IMG/VR virus record: IMGVR_UViG_3300027751_000013
DNA length: 64,000 nucleotides
Origin: an uncultured virus (IMG/VR IMGVR_UViG_3300027751_000013)
Taxonomy: Duplodnaviria > Heunggongvirae > Uroviricota > Caudoviricetes
Reading direction: 5' to 3' (one strand)
This document shows positions 38,620-48,028 of the stretch, one piece after another. Each line of letters begins with the position of its first letter. The stretch's first letter is position 1. The notes beneath the pieces were generated by a model that was not told the origin of the DNA, did no database searches, and saw only the letters and a program-made list of their open reading frames with translations. The position numbers and the translations under genes were made by a program.

Positions 38620-39408
38620 ATGAAAGCAATATATAGCTACAAAATATTCTCAGACCAACGTAAACCTTTAGATAAAACGTTTTGGAAACTAGCTGCATAT
38701 AGTGTTAAGTCTGCTTCTAAGTATTATAGAACAGTTCTGTACTCCGATGAAGAAAGTGGAAAGCTATTTGATAGACACGGAATTTATTTTGATGAGTATC
38801 ATATTCTTCCTGAAATAGAAAATTATAAAGGAAGGGTTTATAGTGTACCAAAAATATATGCAATGATTGCTGAGAAAGAGCCATATATTCATTTAGACTT
38901 TGACTCTGTAATACTGGAAGAGATTATATCTACACACACTATTACATACGCATATACAGAAGTTGATTTAATAAATCTAGCAGGGTATGCTAGAATAGAT
39001 TACGTATTTGGAGGATATGTAAGACCTTATCGAGACTTGTTGGTTGATATATTTAAGGATGATATAATATATCCTGATTTTAATATAGTACCTAACCATT
39101 CTTTTCTGATGGTAAAAAATCCAACTATTGTTAGAGAGATTTACAAAAGAATACTCAGTAAAATACCAGCGGACATATTAGAAGAAGTAAGCCCTACATT
39201 ATTAGAGCAATGTCTACTTTACCTATACTTAAAAGAAAATCAAACAGATATAGGATACTTAAGTTGGTATTCAGCAGAGAAGTTTTTAGAACGTGAGTTC
39301 GGTTCTTATAAATTTATACATTTACCATTTTACAACGAACCGGAAAAGAAAGAAGAAGTAGAGTTTGTTCTTAAAAAACTTGAAGAACAATTCGGCCCAA
39401 TCGAATAA
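38620..39408 (+). CDS. DxD nucleotide-sugar-transferase-like protein (DUF6734-like)
   Basis: TVLYSD, PKIYAM..EPYIHLDFD, LLEQ, FIHL. Confidence 0.65.
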   Translation: MKAIYSYKIFSDQRKPLDKTFWKLAAYSVKSASKYYRTVLYSDEESGKLFDRHGIYFDEYHILPEIENYKGRVYSVPKIYAMIAEKEPYIHLDFDSVILEEIISTHTITYAYTEVDLINLAGYARIDYVFGGYVRPYRDLLVDIFKDDIIYPDFNIVPNHSFLMVKNPTIVREIYKRILSKIPADILEEVSPTLLEQCLLYLYLKENQTDIGYLSWYSAEKFLEREFGSYKFIHLPFYNEPEKKEEVEFVLKKLEEQFGPIE

Positions 39409-39423
39409 CAGTTATACCTTATT

Positions 39424-39774
39424 ATGAAAATTAAAGAGCTACTTTTAGGAGCCGTGTTATTTACTCTCGGACAGAGCATAGCCTGGTACCAGACTAATGG
39501 GCAATTTATAAGTAGTTGGATAAAAGAACATCCGTTACTTATGTCGGCAATAGTTGGAGTACCTGTTGGGATGTGTTATATTTACGGAACAACGTACACA
39601 GTAAGTGCTTTTGAAGGAGAATTATGGCCGGCAAGAATTATAGGATTTACAACTGGTATATTTTCCTTTACAGTTCTTACTACACTACACTTAAATCAGA
39701 CAATCGACCTTAAGACAGGTGTCATACTTAGTCTTGCAATTATAATTATTTTACTACAAGCTTTTTGGAAATGA
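39424..39774 (+). CDS. Four-TM small membrane protein (DMT/SMR-like)
   Basis: Four hydrophobic helices in 116 aa. Confidence 0.6.
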   Translation: MKIKELLLGAVLFTLGQSIAWYQTNGQFISSWIKEHPLLMSAIVGVPVGMCYIYGTTYTVSAFEGELWPARIIGFTTGIFSFTVLTTLHLNQTIDLKTGVILSLAIIIILLQAFWK

Positions 39775-40655
39775 ATTTTTTAGATAGTCAATATCAAGAC
39801 CTCCTCAAATACATTATTGAGAAAGGTCAAATAAAAGAAGATAGAACCGGAACCGGAACATTATCAGTATTTGGTAGACAATTTAGACATGAGATGTCAT
39901 TAGGCTTTCCTCTCCTAACAACAAAGAAGATAGCAGTCAAAACTATGATGACTGAACTGAAATGGTTTCTAAAAGGAGATACTAATATCAAGTATTTAGT
40001 TGATAACGGTTGTAATATTTGGAATGGTGATGCTTATAAGAATTATAGAAATAAGTTTGAACCAGCCCCTTATCAATTTACTCCAGATACAATGGAAGAG
40101 TTCATCAACAAAATCAAAACCGATGATGAGTTCGCAGAGGAGTGGGGTGAGTTAGGTCCAATATATGGAAAGCAATGGACTGATTGGAATGGTATAGACC
40201 AGATATTAAATCTTCTTAACTCAATAAAGAAGAACCCAAATAGTAGAAGATTGATGGTATCGGCTTGGAATGTAGGTGAATTACATGAGATGACATTACC
40301 TCCTTGTCATTACGGATTCCAGATAAATGTTAGAGGAGAGTATTTAGACCTAATGTGGAATCAAAGAAGTGTAGATACATTTTTAGGAGTACCTTTTAAT
40401 ATAGCCTCATATGGTCTGCTACTTAGTCTAATAGCGTATGAGACAGGTTATAAGCCTGGTTCTCTCATAGGATCTCTAGGAGATACACATCTATACACAA
40501 ACCATATAGAACAGGCGAAGGAACAGATAAAAAGAACTTCATTTGATCTTCCTACTCTTAAGATTATTTCATCTGATATTCTAAATGGAGAGTTTGAAGT
40601 AGAGTTTGAGAACTATATTTCACATCCTGCAATAAAAGCACCTTTATCAAATTAA
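39771..40655 (+). CDS. thyA: Thymidylate synthase
   Basis: DRTGTGT, FPLLTTKK, LGPIYGKQW, MTLPPCH, QRSVDTFLGVPFNIASY, GDTHLY. Confidence 0.98.
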   Translation: MNFLDSQYQDLLKYIIEKGQIKEDRTGTGTLSVFGRQFRHEMSLGFPLLTTKKIAVKTMMTELKWFLKGDTNIKYLVDNGCNIWNGDAYKNYRNKFEPAPYQFTPDTMEEFINKIKTDDEFAEEWGELGPIYGKQWTDWNGIDQILNLLNSIKKNPNSRRLMVSAWNVGELHEMTLPPCHYGFQINVRGEYLDLMWNQRSVDTFLGVPFNIASYGLLLSLIAYETGYKPGSLIGSLGDTHLYTNHIEQAKEQIKRTSFDLPTLKIISSDILNGEFEVEFENYISHPAIKAPLSN

Positions 40656-40711
40656 AGTTTGTAGTCTGAATTATTCTTCTTATATTAAGGTAGTTAAAAA
40701 AAGAAAAGGTT

Positions 40712-41077
40712 ATGCATTTAAGAACTACAAGAAGATTAGCTGAGAAGTATTTAAACAATTGTGAGAAAGTTTACGGATTAAGTAAGTTTCATGATAGCAC
40801 TCCTTACATAGAGTTTCAACCTTATGTTCATTCTGTTTACACAGAAGATGATAATCCAATTGCAGAGTATATCTTTGACTATAATACTATTGTAATATAC
40901 TATAAGAATATTCACAGTGCAGAAGATTTAGCTCAAACTATCGTTCATGAATACCAACACTACTTACAATCACCAAGCTGGATGACTAGATACTATAATA
41001 TGGGCTTCTGTTATTCAGACCATCCATATGAAATAGCAGCATTTAATGAAGAGAAAAATTGGAAATTAGTTGCTTAG
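40712..41077 (+). CDS. Zincin-like metallopeptidase
   Basis: TIVHEYQHYLQ...HPYEIAA. Confidence 0.8.
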   Translation: MHLRTTRRLAEKYLNNCEKVYGLSKFHDSTPYIEFQPYVHSVYTEDDNPIAEYIFDYNTIVIYYKNIHSAEDLAQTIVHEYQHYLQSPSWMTRYYNMGFCYSDHPYEIAAFNEEKNWKLVA

Positions 41078-41125
41078 TTAAAGTACATTTCACTATTTAT
41101 TAAGAACTAAACTAAACTAGAATAT

Positions 41126-41938
41126 ATGGCATGTGGTTGTGGAAGATCTCCAGACGGATGTAGAGGCTGGCACTCTTTAACAGAAGAAGAATTCAAAGTA
41201 GAATATGATGCGTTTCTAAAAGAAAAAGATGGTATCTTAAGAGTAAAAGAGGTAGAACATTATACCGATACTCTATTCAAATTCAAGTTAACTAAAACAG
41301 ACGAATATAAATTTAAGGCCGGACAGTTTACAATGTTAAATGTAGACGGTGCACCAAAAAGAGCTTATAGCTATACAAGTGGTCCGGAAGATGATTTTAT
41401 AGAGTTCTATAGTATAAAGGTACCAAATGGACCTCTTACAAGTAAGCTTCAGAAGATACAAGTAGGAGACTTTGTAAATGTTTCTCCAAAAGCTACTGGA
41501 ACACTCATAGTAGATAATCTTACAGAAGGAGACGATTTATGGTTACTTGCTACAGGAACTGGAATTGCACCATTCATTAGTATGTTATGTGATCCTTTAA
41601 CTTACGACAGATTTAAAAACATTCATGTTGTATGGTCGGTAAGAGTAAAAGAAGAACTAGACGCTTTTCATGATTGGTTAGGAAGTATAGGAATAGATTA
41701 TATTCCAATTGTTACTCGAGATGATAGATGGGAAGGAGAGAAAGAAAGAATAACAACTCTTATTCAAAGAGGAGACATAATGAAAGATAGTACTCCAGAT
41801 AATGATAAAGTAATGCTATGCGGTAATATGGACTTCAACAAAGAGATAAAAAATCTACTTGTTGACGAAAGAGGATGGGTAGAAGGTAATAGTAGACAAG
41901 CAGGATCATTTGCTTTAGAGAAAGCTTTTGTTGGATAA
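41126..41938 (+). CDS. fpr: Ferredoxin-NADP+ reductase with N-terminal CDGSH-like Cys/His motif
   Basis: FKAGQF, RAYS, GPLTSKL, LLATGTGIAPF, MLCGN, EKAF; N-terminal CGCGRSPDGCRGWH. Confidence 0.92.
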   Translation: MACGCGRSPDGCRGWHSLTEEEFKVEYDAFLKEKDGILRVKEVEHYTDTLFKFKLTKTDEYKFKAGQFTMLNVDGAPKRAYSYTSGPEDDFIEFYSIKVPNGPLTSKLQKIQVGDFVNVSPKATGTLIVDNLTEGDDLWLLATGTGIAPFISMLCDPLTYDRFKNIHVVWSVRVKEELDAFHDWLGSIGIDYIPIVTRDDRWEGEKERITTLIQRGDIMKDSTPDNDKVMLCGNMDFNKEIKNLLVDERGWVEGNSRQAGSFALEKAFVG

Positions 41939-41998
41939 AAAGTTGCTGCAATGGACTATTATTCTTATATTAAGGTATAATTAAAAATAGTAAGAGTT

Positions 41999-42397
41999 AT
42001 GACAACAGCAAAACTTTATTTAGTTACTTTTGAGTATGAAGGTACAAAATTTTTCAAAGTAGGTATTACAGAAAAAGGAGATGTAATGGATAGGTTTAAG
42101 TACTCTATACTTAAATATAAACTAATGAACTTTAAAATACATAAGTCCTCTTGGTTTAAATCTTTGGAAGCAGCAGAGAAAGCTGAACAAAAATGCTTTG
42201 CAGACATTAAACAAACCTTTCCAGAAAATAACTATGTTGATGCTCAAGGGAACCACTACTTCCATAATAAGTGGTTAGATGAAAAGATAAATGGTATAAC
42301 TGAAATCAGAGTATACAATGGAGAAGAGTATAAATTTGCATGGAATTTTGTACATAATAATGGAGTAAATAAATATAAGGATTTAGTAGGTTCTTAG
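41999..42397 (+). CDS. GIY-YIG/T5orf172-like nuclease
   Basis: LYLV...FKVGIT...R...AE..E...GITE. Confidence 0.6.
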   Translation: MTTAKLYLVTFEYEGTKFFKVGITEKGDVMDRFKYSILKYKLMNFKIHKSSWFKSLEAAEKAEQKCFADIKQTFPENNYVDAQGNHYFHNKWLDEKINGITEIRVYNGEEYKFAWNFVHNNGVNKYKDLVGS

Positions 42398-42436
42398 TAA
42401 ACTTATTCTTATATTAAGGTATAAATAATAAGGGTT

Positions 42437-42730
42437 ATGAAAGCAGAAAAACATTATCAAGAGTGGTCTTTAGAAGAGTGTAGAGTTTATTTCAAAATGT
42501 ATCTTGAATTAATTAAAAGGAGAGATGTTAAAGAAGTAAGAAAAGAGTTAGCCGAATTTTTTGGTAGGACTTATTCAGCTATAGGTTTCAAAGAGAGAGA
42601 AGTAGTAGGAGTGTTGACTGAAGGTCAACAAGGAATTTATACTTACGGTGAGAATATGGTTACAGCTACTAACGAAGCATTAGAAGCTTCTGGTATGAGT
42701 GTTATACGTTTTAAAATGTTATTCGAATAA
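42437..42730 (+). CDS. Hypothetical HTH-like protein
   Basis: W..EE...ELAEFFGRTYSAI. Confidence 0.55.
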   Translation: MKAEKHYQEWSLEECRVYFKMYLELIKRRDVKEVRKELAEFFGRTYSAIGFKEREVVGVLTEGQQGIYTYGENMVTATNEALEASGMSVIRFKMLFE

Positions 42731-42731
42731 T

Positions 42732-43130
42732 ATGGCATTATGGGATGTAGATGGAGAGATAGTGTATACAGAAGGTAGCCTGTCTCTAACGCCTGAAAAG
42801 GCAAATGCTTTATTTGTTACTCGTCATCGATATAAAATACCTTATTCAAATGTCGGTATGGGCGGTTTTGTTAAGACTGATAGAGGAACTTTTCATACTC
42901 CTTCTTGGATACAAGTTCATCCTCAAACTTCTTTTGAAGATTTAGAAGTAGAAAAGAAACCTTTCGAAGAGTTGTTTGTTGAAGAAAAGAAATGGGAGTT
43001 TAAATCAGGCTCTTCAGATAAAGTATATACTGTTAAACATAATAAGAGAGGAGAACTTTCTTGCGACTGTATGGGGTATATTGGTCATAGAAAATGTAAA
43101 CACATAACAGTAGTTAAAGAAAGCTTATGA
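42732..43130 (+). CDS. SWIM zinc-finger protein (start revised)
   Basis: YTV...SCDCMG...KCKHI. Confidence 0.85.
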   Translation: MALWDVDGEIVYTEGSLSLTPEKANALFVTRHRYKIPYSNVGMGGFVKTDRGTFHTPSWIQVHPQTSFEDLEVEKKPFEELFVEEKKWEFKSGSSDKVYTVKHNKRGELSCDCMGYIGHRKCKHITVVKESL

Positions 43131-43348
43131 GAATAATTATAGAGTATTTTGTTTGGTATATACTACCGGGACTATTTTGGGCAGGATTTTTGGAGTGGTT
43201 TACAACTACCAAATTAGAAGGTATATTTGGACAGCCTTGGAAAATGCCGGAAAGATTAATGCATTCATTTTTATGGCCGCTATCATTCTTAAAGTTTGCA
43301 ATCGAATTTCTAAAAGGTTTATTTGGATACTATGACGAAGAAGAATAG
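43127..43348 (+). CDS. Small membrane protein
   Basis: Hydrophobic segments, FLWP motif. Confidence 0.6.
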   Translation: MRIIIEYFVWYILPGLFWAGFLEWFTTTKLEGIFGQPWKMPERLMHSFLWPLSFLKFAIEFLKGLFGYYDEEE

Positions 43349-43868
43349 AAATATAGGTTTACTCATTCTATTTTTACTTTTAGCTTTAGTTGCTATAATA
43401 GTATTTACATATAGAGAAAAGACATTTAATATAGTTGAATTAGGTAAAGAGAATGCTGTCTTAAATAGAACAGACAAACCATATCTTGATACAATTGTAA
43501 GTGTAGGACTAAGTGAATTAGGTATTGCCGGAATTACTGTTCTAATAGACCCGTTAGAAAAAGAATTAATTACTGGAGAGTTTGAAATTCAAGCTCATAT
43601 AATCGGTACACAAAATCAATTCATTATATTTACAAATGAATTTTCAAGAGAGAAAGCTTTAGAAGTAATGTCTCATGAGTTAATACATCTTCAACAATAT
43701 AATACTGGAAGACTTATTAAGACAAATGGAGGAGTAATTTGGGAAGGATATTATATACAGTCAATAGATCAAATTCCATATTTAGCTCGTCCGTGGGAGT
43801 TAGAAGCTTTTGTATTAGGTGAGAATTTAGAAAGGACTTTGAAAGTAATTTTAATAAAAAAACAGTAG
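43332..43868 (+). CDS. Membrane-anchored zincin-like metallopeptidase (start revised)
   Basis: N-terminal TM; SHELIHLQQY...RPWELEA. Confidence 0.8.
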   Translation: MTKKNRNIGLLILFLLLALVAIIVFTYREKTFNIVELGKENAVLNRTDKPYLDTIVSVGLSELGIAGITVLIDPLEKELITGEFEIQAHIIGTQNQFIIFTNEFSREKALEVMSHELIHLQQYNTGRLIKTNGGVIWEGYYIQSIDQIPYLARPWELEAFVLGENLERTLKVILIKKQ

Positions 43869-43922
43869 GTTCGTATTATTATTTTTCTTATATTAAGGTA
43901 TAATTAAAAACAAATAGAGGTT

Positions 43923-44573
43923 ATGAAAAAGTTTAAAGGTTGGATTTTACTACCATTATTATTATTAAGCTGTAACAAAGACACTGAAGAGATACTCGAA
44001 ATACCTCAGAATGTTTACTGGTATCAAGACGAAATATATTCACAAATTGAAGATTCAGGTGAAGTACAAGATGTATTTAAGTCTTACTTAAGAGCTTTTA
44101 TAGCTGACGCTCAAAGACATGGAGTAGATTTATCACACGTTAATATTGAAAATAGTAGATTAGATTTAATTACAACTGATATTATTGCTTCAATTGGGTA
44201 CTGTGACCCTACTAGAGCTCAATTAATCTGGAATGTAAATAGCTGGAATACAAATAAATTAGAGAGAGTAGGAGAGCCTACTAAAATCTATTTAATGTGG
44301 CATGAATTAGGACACGATTTATTAGGATTAGATCATGTTTGTAAATCCGGGCATATAATGACTGGAAGACATACTCCCTGTAAAGGCGATGGAAACGAAG
44401 GAGAGGAAATAAACCTATACGGACTCAGATATAACACCGTAGAGGATGTTAGGAATTTTAAAAGAGCGGTTGATGATATGTTTGCAATGTATGAACAGTA
44501 CCATATGGACTGTAGAAATTCATTTTCTTCAAAAGGAACTGTAGAAATTCTGTCATGTAATTTAAATTATTAA
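43923..44573 (+). CDS. Lipoprotein with metzincin-like motif
   Basis: Lipobox LLSC; HELGHDLLGLDH...HIM. Confidence 0.8.
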   Translation: MKKFKGWILLPLLLLSCNKDTEEILEIPQNVYWYQDEIYSQIEDSGEVQDVFKSYLRAFIADAQRHGVDLSHVNIENSRLDLITTDIIASIGYCDPTRAQLIWNVNSWNTNKLERVGEPTKIYLMWHELGHDLLGLDHVCKSGHIMTGRHTPCKGDGNEGEEINLYGLRYNTVEDVRNFKRAVDDMFAMYEQYHMDCRNSFSSKGTVEILSCNLNY

Positions 44574-44574
44574 G

Positions 44575-44787
44575 ATGTACACACCTCCTCCTCAAATACC
44601 AATATCTGTCGCATATAAAAAGAAGACAGGACAAAAAGTTTGGATCAAAACATTTACCGATCTAAGATCTCCAGACCGATTAATAACTAACCGTTCTACT
44701 TTACTTCCGGAAGGGAGTGATATTTTAGAGATAGGAGTTGGGAGTAATTTTGAAGCAAGCTACAAAAAGAAATATAAAGTTAAATGA
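44575..44787 (+). CDS. Hypothetical protein
   Basis: 70-aa ORF. Confidence 0.6.
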   Translation: MYTPPPQIPISVAYKKKTGQKVWIKTFTDLRSPDRLITNRSTLLPEGSDILEIGVGSNFEASYKKKYKVK

Positions 44788-44966
44788 AGTTAGTATATAC
44801 TCAAGAGACTATCAACTACATGGCTAAAATTAATCCTCAACTCATAGAAGATCTAGCCAAATACGGAGCACCAGAACCAGTCGAACTATTAGATGATAAG
44901 GGAACTATAATAAACAAGTACTATCTATATAATATTAATGAAGATACTTCCGAACATATTAGCTAA
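44784..44966 (+). CDS. Hypothetical protein
   Basis: 60-aa coupled ORF. Confidence 0.55.
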   Translation: MKLVYTQETINYMAKINPQLIEDLAKYGAPEPVELLDDKGTIINKYYLYNINEDTSEHIS

Positions 44967-45468
44967 AGAATATGTTTCTTCTATACTTTCTAAACAAAAG
45001 CAGTTAGGGTATAAAGGAAGAGAATCATCTCCTATACATTTGAATTCTGCTATTGTAGAATGGAATATAGAAGGATATTGGAATAATGATGATGCAGTAG
45101 TACTTTCATTTGAAGATAAAGGCTTCGTATTTCTTCTATATACTTTTCAAAAGGATATAAACGGAACAGATAAACTCTACTGCGAAATAAGGCACATAGT
45201 AACATTAGAACAGTATAGAGGACAAGGTACCGGTAAGCAGTTAGTAGAAGCAACTGCAAAACACATGAAAGAGAGAGATTGTCAAATCTTAAAAGTCCTT
45301 TCAGATATTAAATCTAAAAACTTCTACATTAAAAATGGATTTGAGGTTTCCGGAATAACAAAGCACGGACTATCCTACTTCTGTAATGATATTACTTCTA
45401 GGAGAAATGTTTCAATGCCTGCTAGTGATTTTCCTTTTATGACTAATTCTCCTAAATCAATATTATGA
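44938..45468 (+). CDS. GNAT acetyltransferase
   Basis: IVTLEQYRGQGTGKQL, NFYIKNGF. Confidence 0.92.
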   Translation: MKILPNILAKEYVSSILSKQKQLGYKGRESSPIHLNSAIVEWNIEGYWNNDDAVVLSFEDKGFVFLLYTFQKDINGTDKLYCEIRHIVTLEQYRGQGTGKQLVEATAKHMKERDCQILKVLSDIKSKNFYIKNGFEVSGITKHGLSYFCNDITSRRNVSMPASDFPFMTNSPKSIL

Positions 45469-45986
45469 GAGGTATAATTAGAAATGTACTCAATCAATCT
45501 GATATAGACTCTATTTTTAAACTATATAATGAGTCTTCTAATATTGTTGAATTATATGGAGAGTTAAAAAATAGACATAACATTTCAAGTAATTTAGGAA
45601 TGTTTCTTTTATCACATTTTACACAAAAAGAGTTTCAACCATTCCTTTCTAAAATTATACCTTCAATAGAAGCTAAAGAAAGAATTGAATTAGAAACTAC
45701 TTCATGTAGGGTACTTAAATACACGAAAGATTGCTTTATTTCAAAACATAGAGACATTAAAACTTCAGAAGCCAATTCAAGCCTTTCGGTAATAATACAG
45801 CTCTCTAATCAAGATGAGTACGTAGGAGGAAAAGCGATTATAGACGGAGAAGAAAGTATACTACAGCAAGGTGATTTAGAGTATTATACCTATAGTTACG
45901 AACATGAAGTTACTAAAATATTTTCCGGTTGTAGGTATGTTATTAACTTACGAATTAATATCAAAAAAGATTCAACTTTAATATAA
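45465..45986 (+). CDS. 2OG-Fe(II) oxygenase
   Basis: SKHRD, YVGG, HEVTKIFSGCRY. Confidence 0.9.
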   Translation: MRGIIRNVLNQSDIDSIFKLYNESSNIVELYGELKNRHNISSNLGMFLLSHFTQKEFQPFLSKIIPSIEAKERIELETTSCRVLKYTKDCFISKHRDIKTSEANSSLSVIIQLSNQDEYVGGKAIIDGEESILQQGDLEYYTYSYEHEVTKIFSGCRYVINLRINIKKDSTLI

Positions 45987-46050
45987 AAAAAGTTGCTAGA
46001 ACGATTATTTCTTCTTATATTTAGGTATAATAATTAAAACAAATATATCT

Positions 46051-46176
46051 ATGAAGTATCAAGCGATTTTAAAAAATGGAAAGAATGGAGAAAAATTATT
46101 TTCAACGCCAAAAAAAGCGGTTAAATTTTATCCCGGTCAAATTAAATTATTGAAAGAGATTTATATAGGGGGTTAA
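46051..46176 (+). CDS. Hypothetical 41-aa protein (not in track)
   Basis: MKYQAILKNG...IYIGG behind promoter at 45991. Confidence 0.55.
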   Translation: MKYQAILKNGKNGEKLFSTPKKAVKFYPGQIKLLKEIYIGG

Positions 46177-46211
46177 TAATAACCCCTTTTGGGGGTTAAA
46201 AAATAAAGGTT

Positions 46212-46766
46212 ATGTCCACATTAGAATTCTACCCTACACTTACTCCAATCGAAATGTTACAGGAAGGTATATTTGGAGGTTCATATTTCGGAGTAGAGAA
46301 GTTGCAAGGAGATCAAGATTACCTACCTCTCTTTGAAACGTTAGGAGATATAGATCCTGCTCTCTATTTAGGAAACAAATATAAACCTAAAGTAAATAAG
46401 TTCAAAGTACGTTCGGGAATGCCATATCAATATTGGGTAGATATGAAATGGATGCATGCAGATGATCCATATGGTTGGTTTGAATGGTACATTAAATACT
46501 TCAACGGACGTAGACATCCAGATGACAATAGACAGATTTCTAGATGGCAGGACTTTGCCGGAAGGAATGGAAGATGGAGAAACAATATCTATAAGAAGAT
46601 ATATGATACAGGAGATTGGAATGTATCTCCTCGTATTCAGCAATCATTATTACATTGGGGATATAAAGTTAATGAAGGAGATTATAACTTATGGTTAAAC
46701 TCTATTCATAAATCAGATGAATGGTGTCAGTATGGCGGAATGCCTTCACCAAAAGCTTATATGTAA
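46212..46766 (+). CDS. Conserved-looking hypothetical protein
   Basis: TP.EML..G.FGG.YF, DPYGWFEWY..GRR..DD.RQI.RW, RIQQSLLHWG. Confidence 0.75.
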   Translation: MSTLEFYPTLTPIEMLQEGIFGGSYFGVEKLQGDQDYLPLFETLGDIDPALYLGNKYKPKVNKFKVRSGMPYQYWVDMKWMHADDPYGWFEWYIKYFNGRRHPDDNRQISRWQDFAGRNGRWRNNIYKKIYDTGDWNVSPRIQQSLLHWGYKVNEGDYNLWLNSIHKSDEWCQYGGMPSPKAYM

Positions 46767-46839
46767 ACTTTTTTAAAATAAAGTTGGTCCGTATTGTTTT
46801 TCTTCTTATATTAAGGTATAGAAATTAAAAATAAAGGTT

Positions 46840-47058
46840 ATGACAAATCCATTACATTACTTCACATTTTCATTCAAAGACAAATCAACCAAAGAGTATG
46901 TTGGTTGGAATACTACAGTTGCTACAACAGAAGAGGAAGCAATTGTAAAAGCACAGCAGCAATGGGATACAGCTGAGAGTACTTACTATATCGATACAGC
47001 ATCTTTTATTCAGCAAACGGATGAAGAAATGGTAGAGATGGTAAACTTTGCACTATAA
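46840..47058 (+). CDS. Early hypothetical protein
   Basis: Own promoter cassette. Confidence 0.75.
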   Translation: MTNPLHYFTFSFKDKSTKEYVGWNTTVATTEEEAIVKAQQQWDTAESTYYIDTASFIQQTDEEMVEMVNFAL

Positions 47059-47105
47059 GTAGTTGATTATTTAATTTATTCTTCGTATATTTAGGTATAG
47101 AAATT

Positions 47106-47173
47106 AAGAAATAAGTATTGCTTGCGGTTGGCAAAGCATGGATAAAGGCAGATAAGCCCATGCACTTATTCTT
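47106..47173 (+). ncRNA. Putative structured leader (three-way junction)
   Basis: AATAAGT/ACTTATT closing stem with TTGC/GCAA and GCATG/CATGC arms. Confidence 0.45.
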
Positions 47174-47191
47174 TTTTAAAAAATAAATGTT

Positions 47192-47575
47192 ATGCAAAAT
47201 TACATTACAGTTTACGATTCATTAGACGCACCAGACACTTCTGGTTCAAGTTTAAAAGGACATTTAGGTTACGGCATTACTTACGGTATGTTAATTGAGT
47301 ATTTAGGATTACCAACTTACCTTCCGGAAGATTCAGGAGACGGTAAAGTAAACTTTCAATGGGTAATAGAATTTGAAACTGCTAATGGAGGAACAAAAGT
47401 ATTCTATATTTACGATTGGAAAACTGAATCTCCAGAATGGTCAAGACTGAATACTGGAACTAAAGAACAAGCTTCAGAATGGTTTGGAGGTTCAAGATGG
47501 CATGTAGGAGGTAAAACTTATGCTGGAGACTTTATCGATTTTATCGAAAAAGAAATTAAGGAATTAGTTGCCTAA
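47192..47575 (+). CDS. Early hypothetical protein
   Basis: GSSLKG...GDGKV..W...IYDWK...WHVGG. Confidence 0.75.
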   Translation: MQNYITVYDSLDAPDTSGSSLKGHLGYGITYGMLIEYLGLPTYLPEDSGDGKVNFQWVIEFETANGGTKVFYIYDWKTESPEWSRLNTGTKEQASEWFGGSRWHVGGKTYAGDFIDFIEKEIKELVA

Positions 47576-47621
47576 TAGAAATATTCTTCTTATATTAAGG
47601 TATAATTAAAAAATAAAGGTT

Positions 47622-47972
47622 ATGTTAAAAAATGTATTAGTAGTATTAGGATTAACAGTTTTAGCTTCATGTAATAGCGGGTTAAAGGTAGAAGATGAAT
47701 ATGGTTTTAATGAGAAAGATAAAACATATTTAATAAACGAACTTAAAAGACTCGTAATAGAAGATGTTGAATCAGAAACCGATTTAATATTTACTGAAAT
47801 CTCCATTCAGCCTACTTATGGTAAAATGAAAGATGATGGTAGATTTATTGTTAATGGAAGTATATTCTATTCAATAGGTCCGTCAAATTATTTACAACCA
47901 TTTATTGGTGAAGTGGACGGAACTATCCATTTAGCAGGTGCTGCTGTTAATGCAGACTTTTTTAAAAAATAG
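47622..47972 (+). CDS. Lipoprotein
   Basis: Lipobox LASC; own promoter. Confidence 0.75.
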   Translation: MLKNVLVVLGLTVLASCNSGLKVEDEYGFNEKDKTYLINELKRLVIEDVESETDLIFTEISIQPTYGKMKDDGRFIVNGSIFYSIGPSNYLQPFIGEVDGTIHLAGAAVNADFFKK

Positions 47973-48028
47973 TTGTCTAATAGAAATATTCTTCTTATAT
48001 TAAGGTATAATTAAAAAGGTAAAAGGTT

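Noticed and set aside
46833..46842. AAAGG as a Shine-Dalgarno sequence
   Set aside because: Only 2 nt from ATG, too close for SD function
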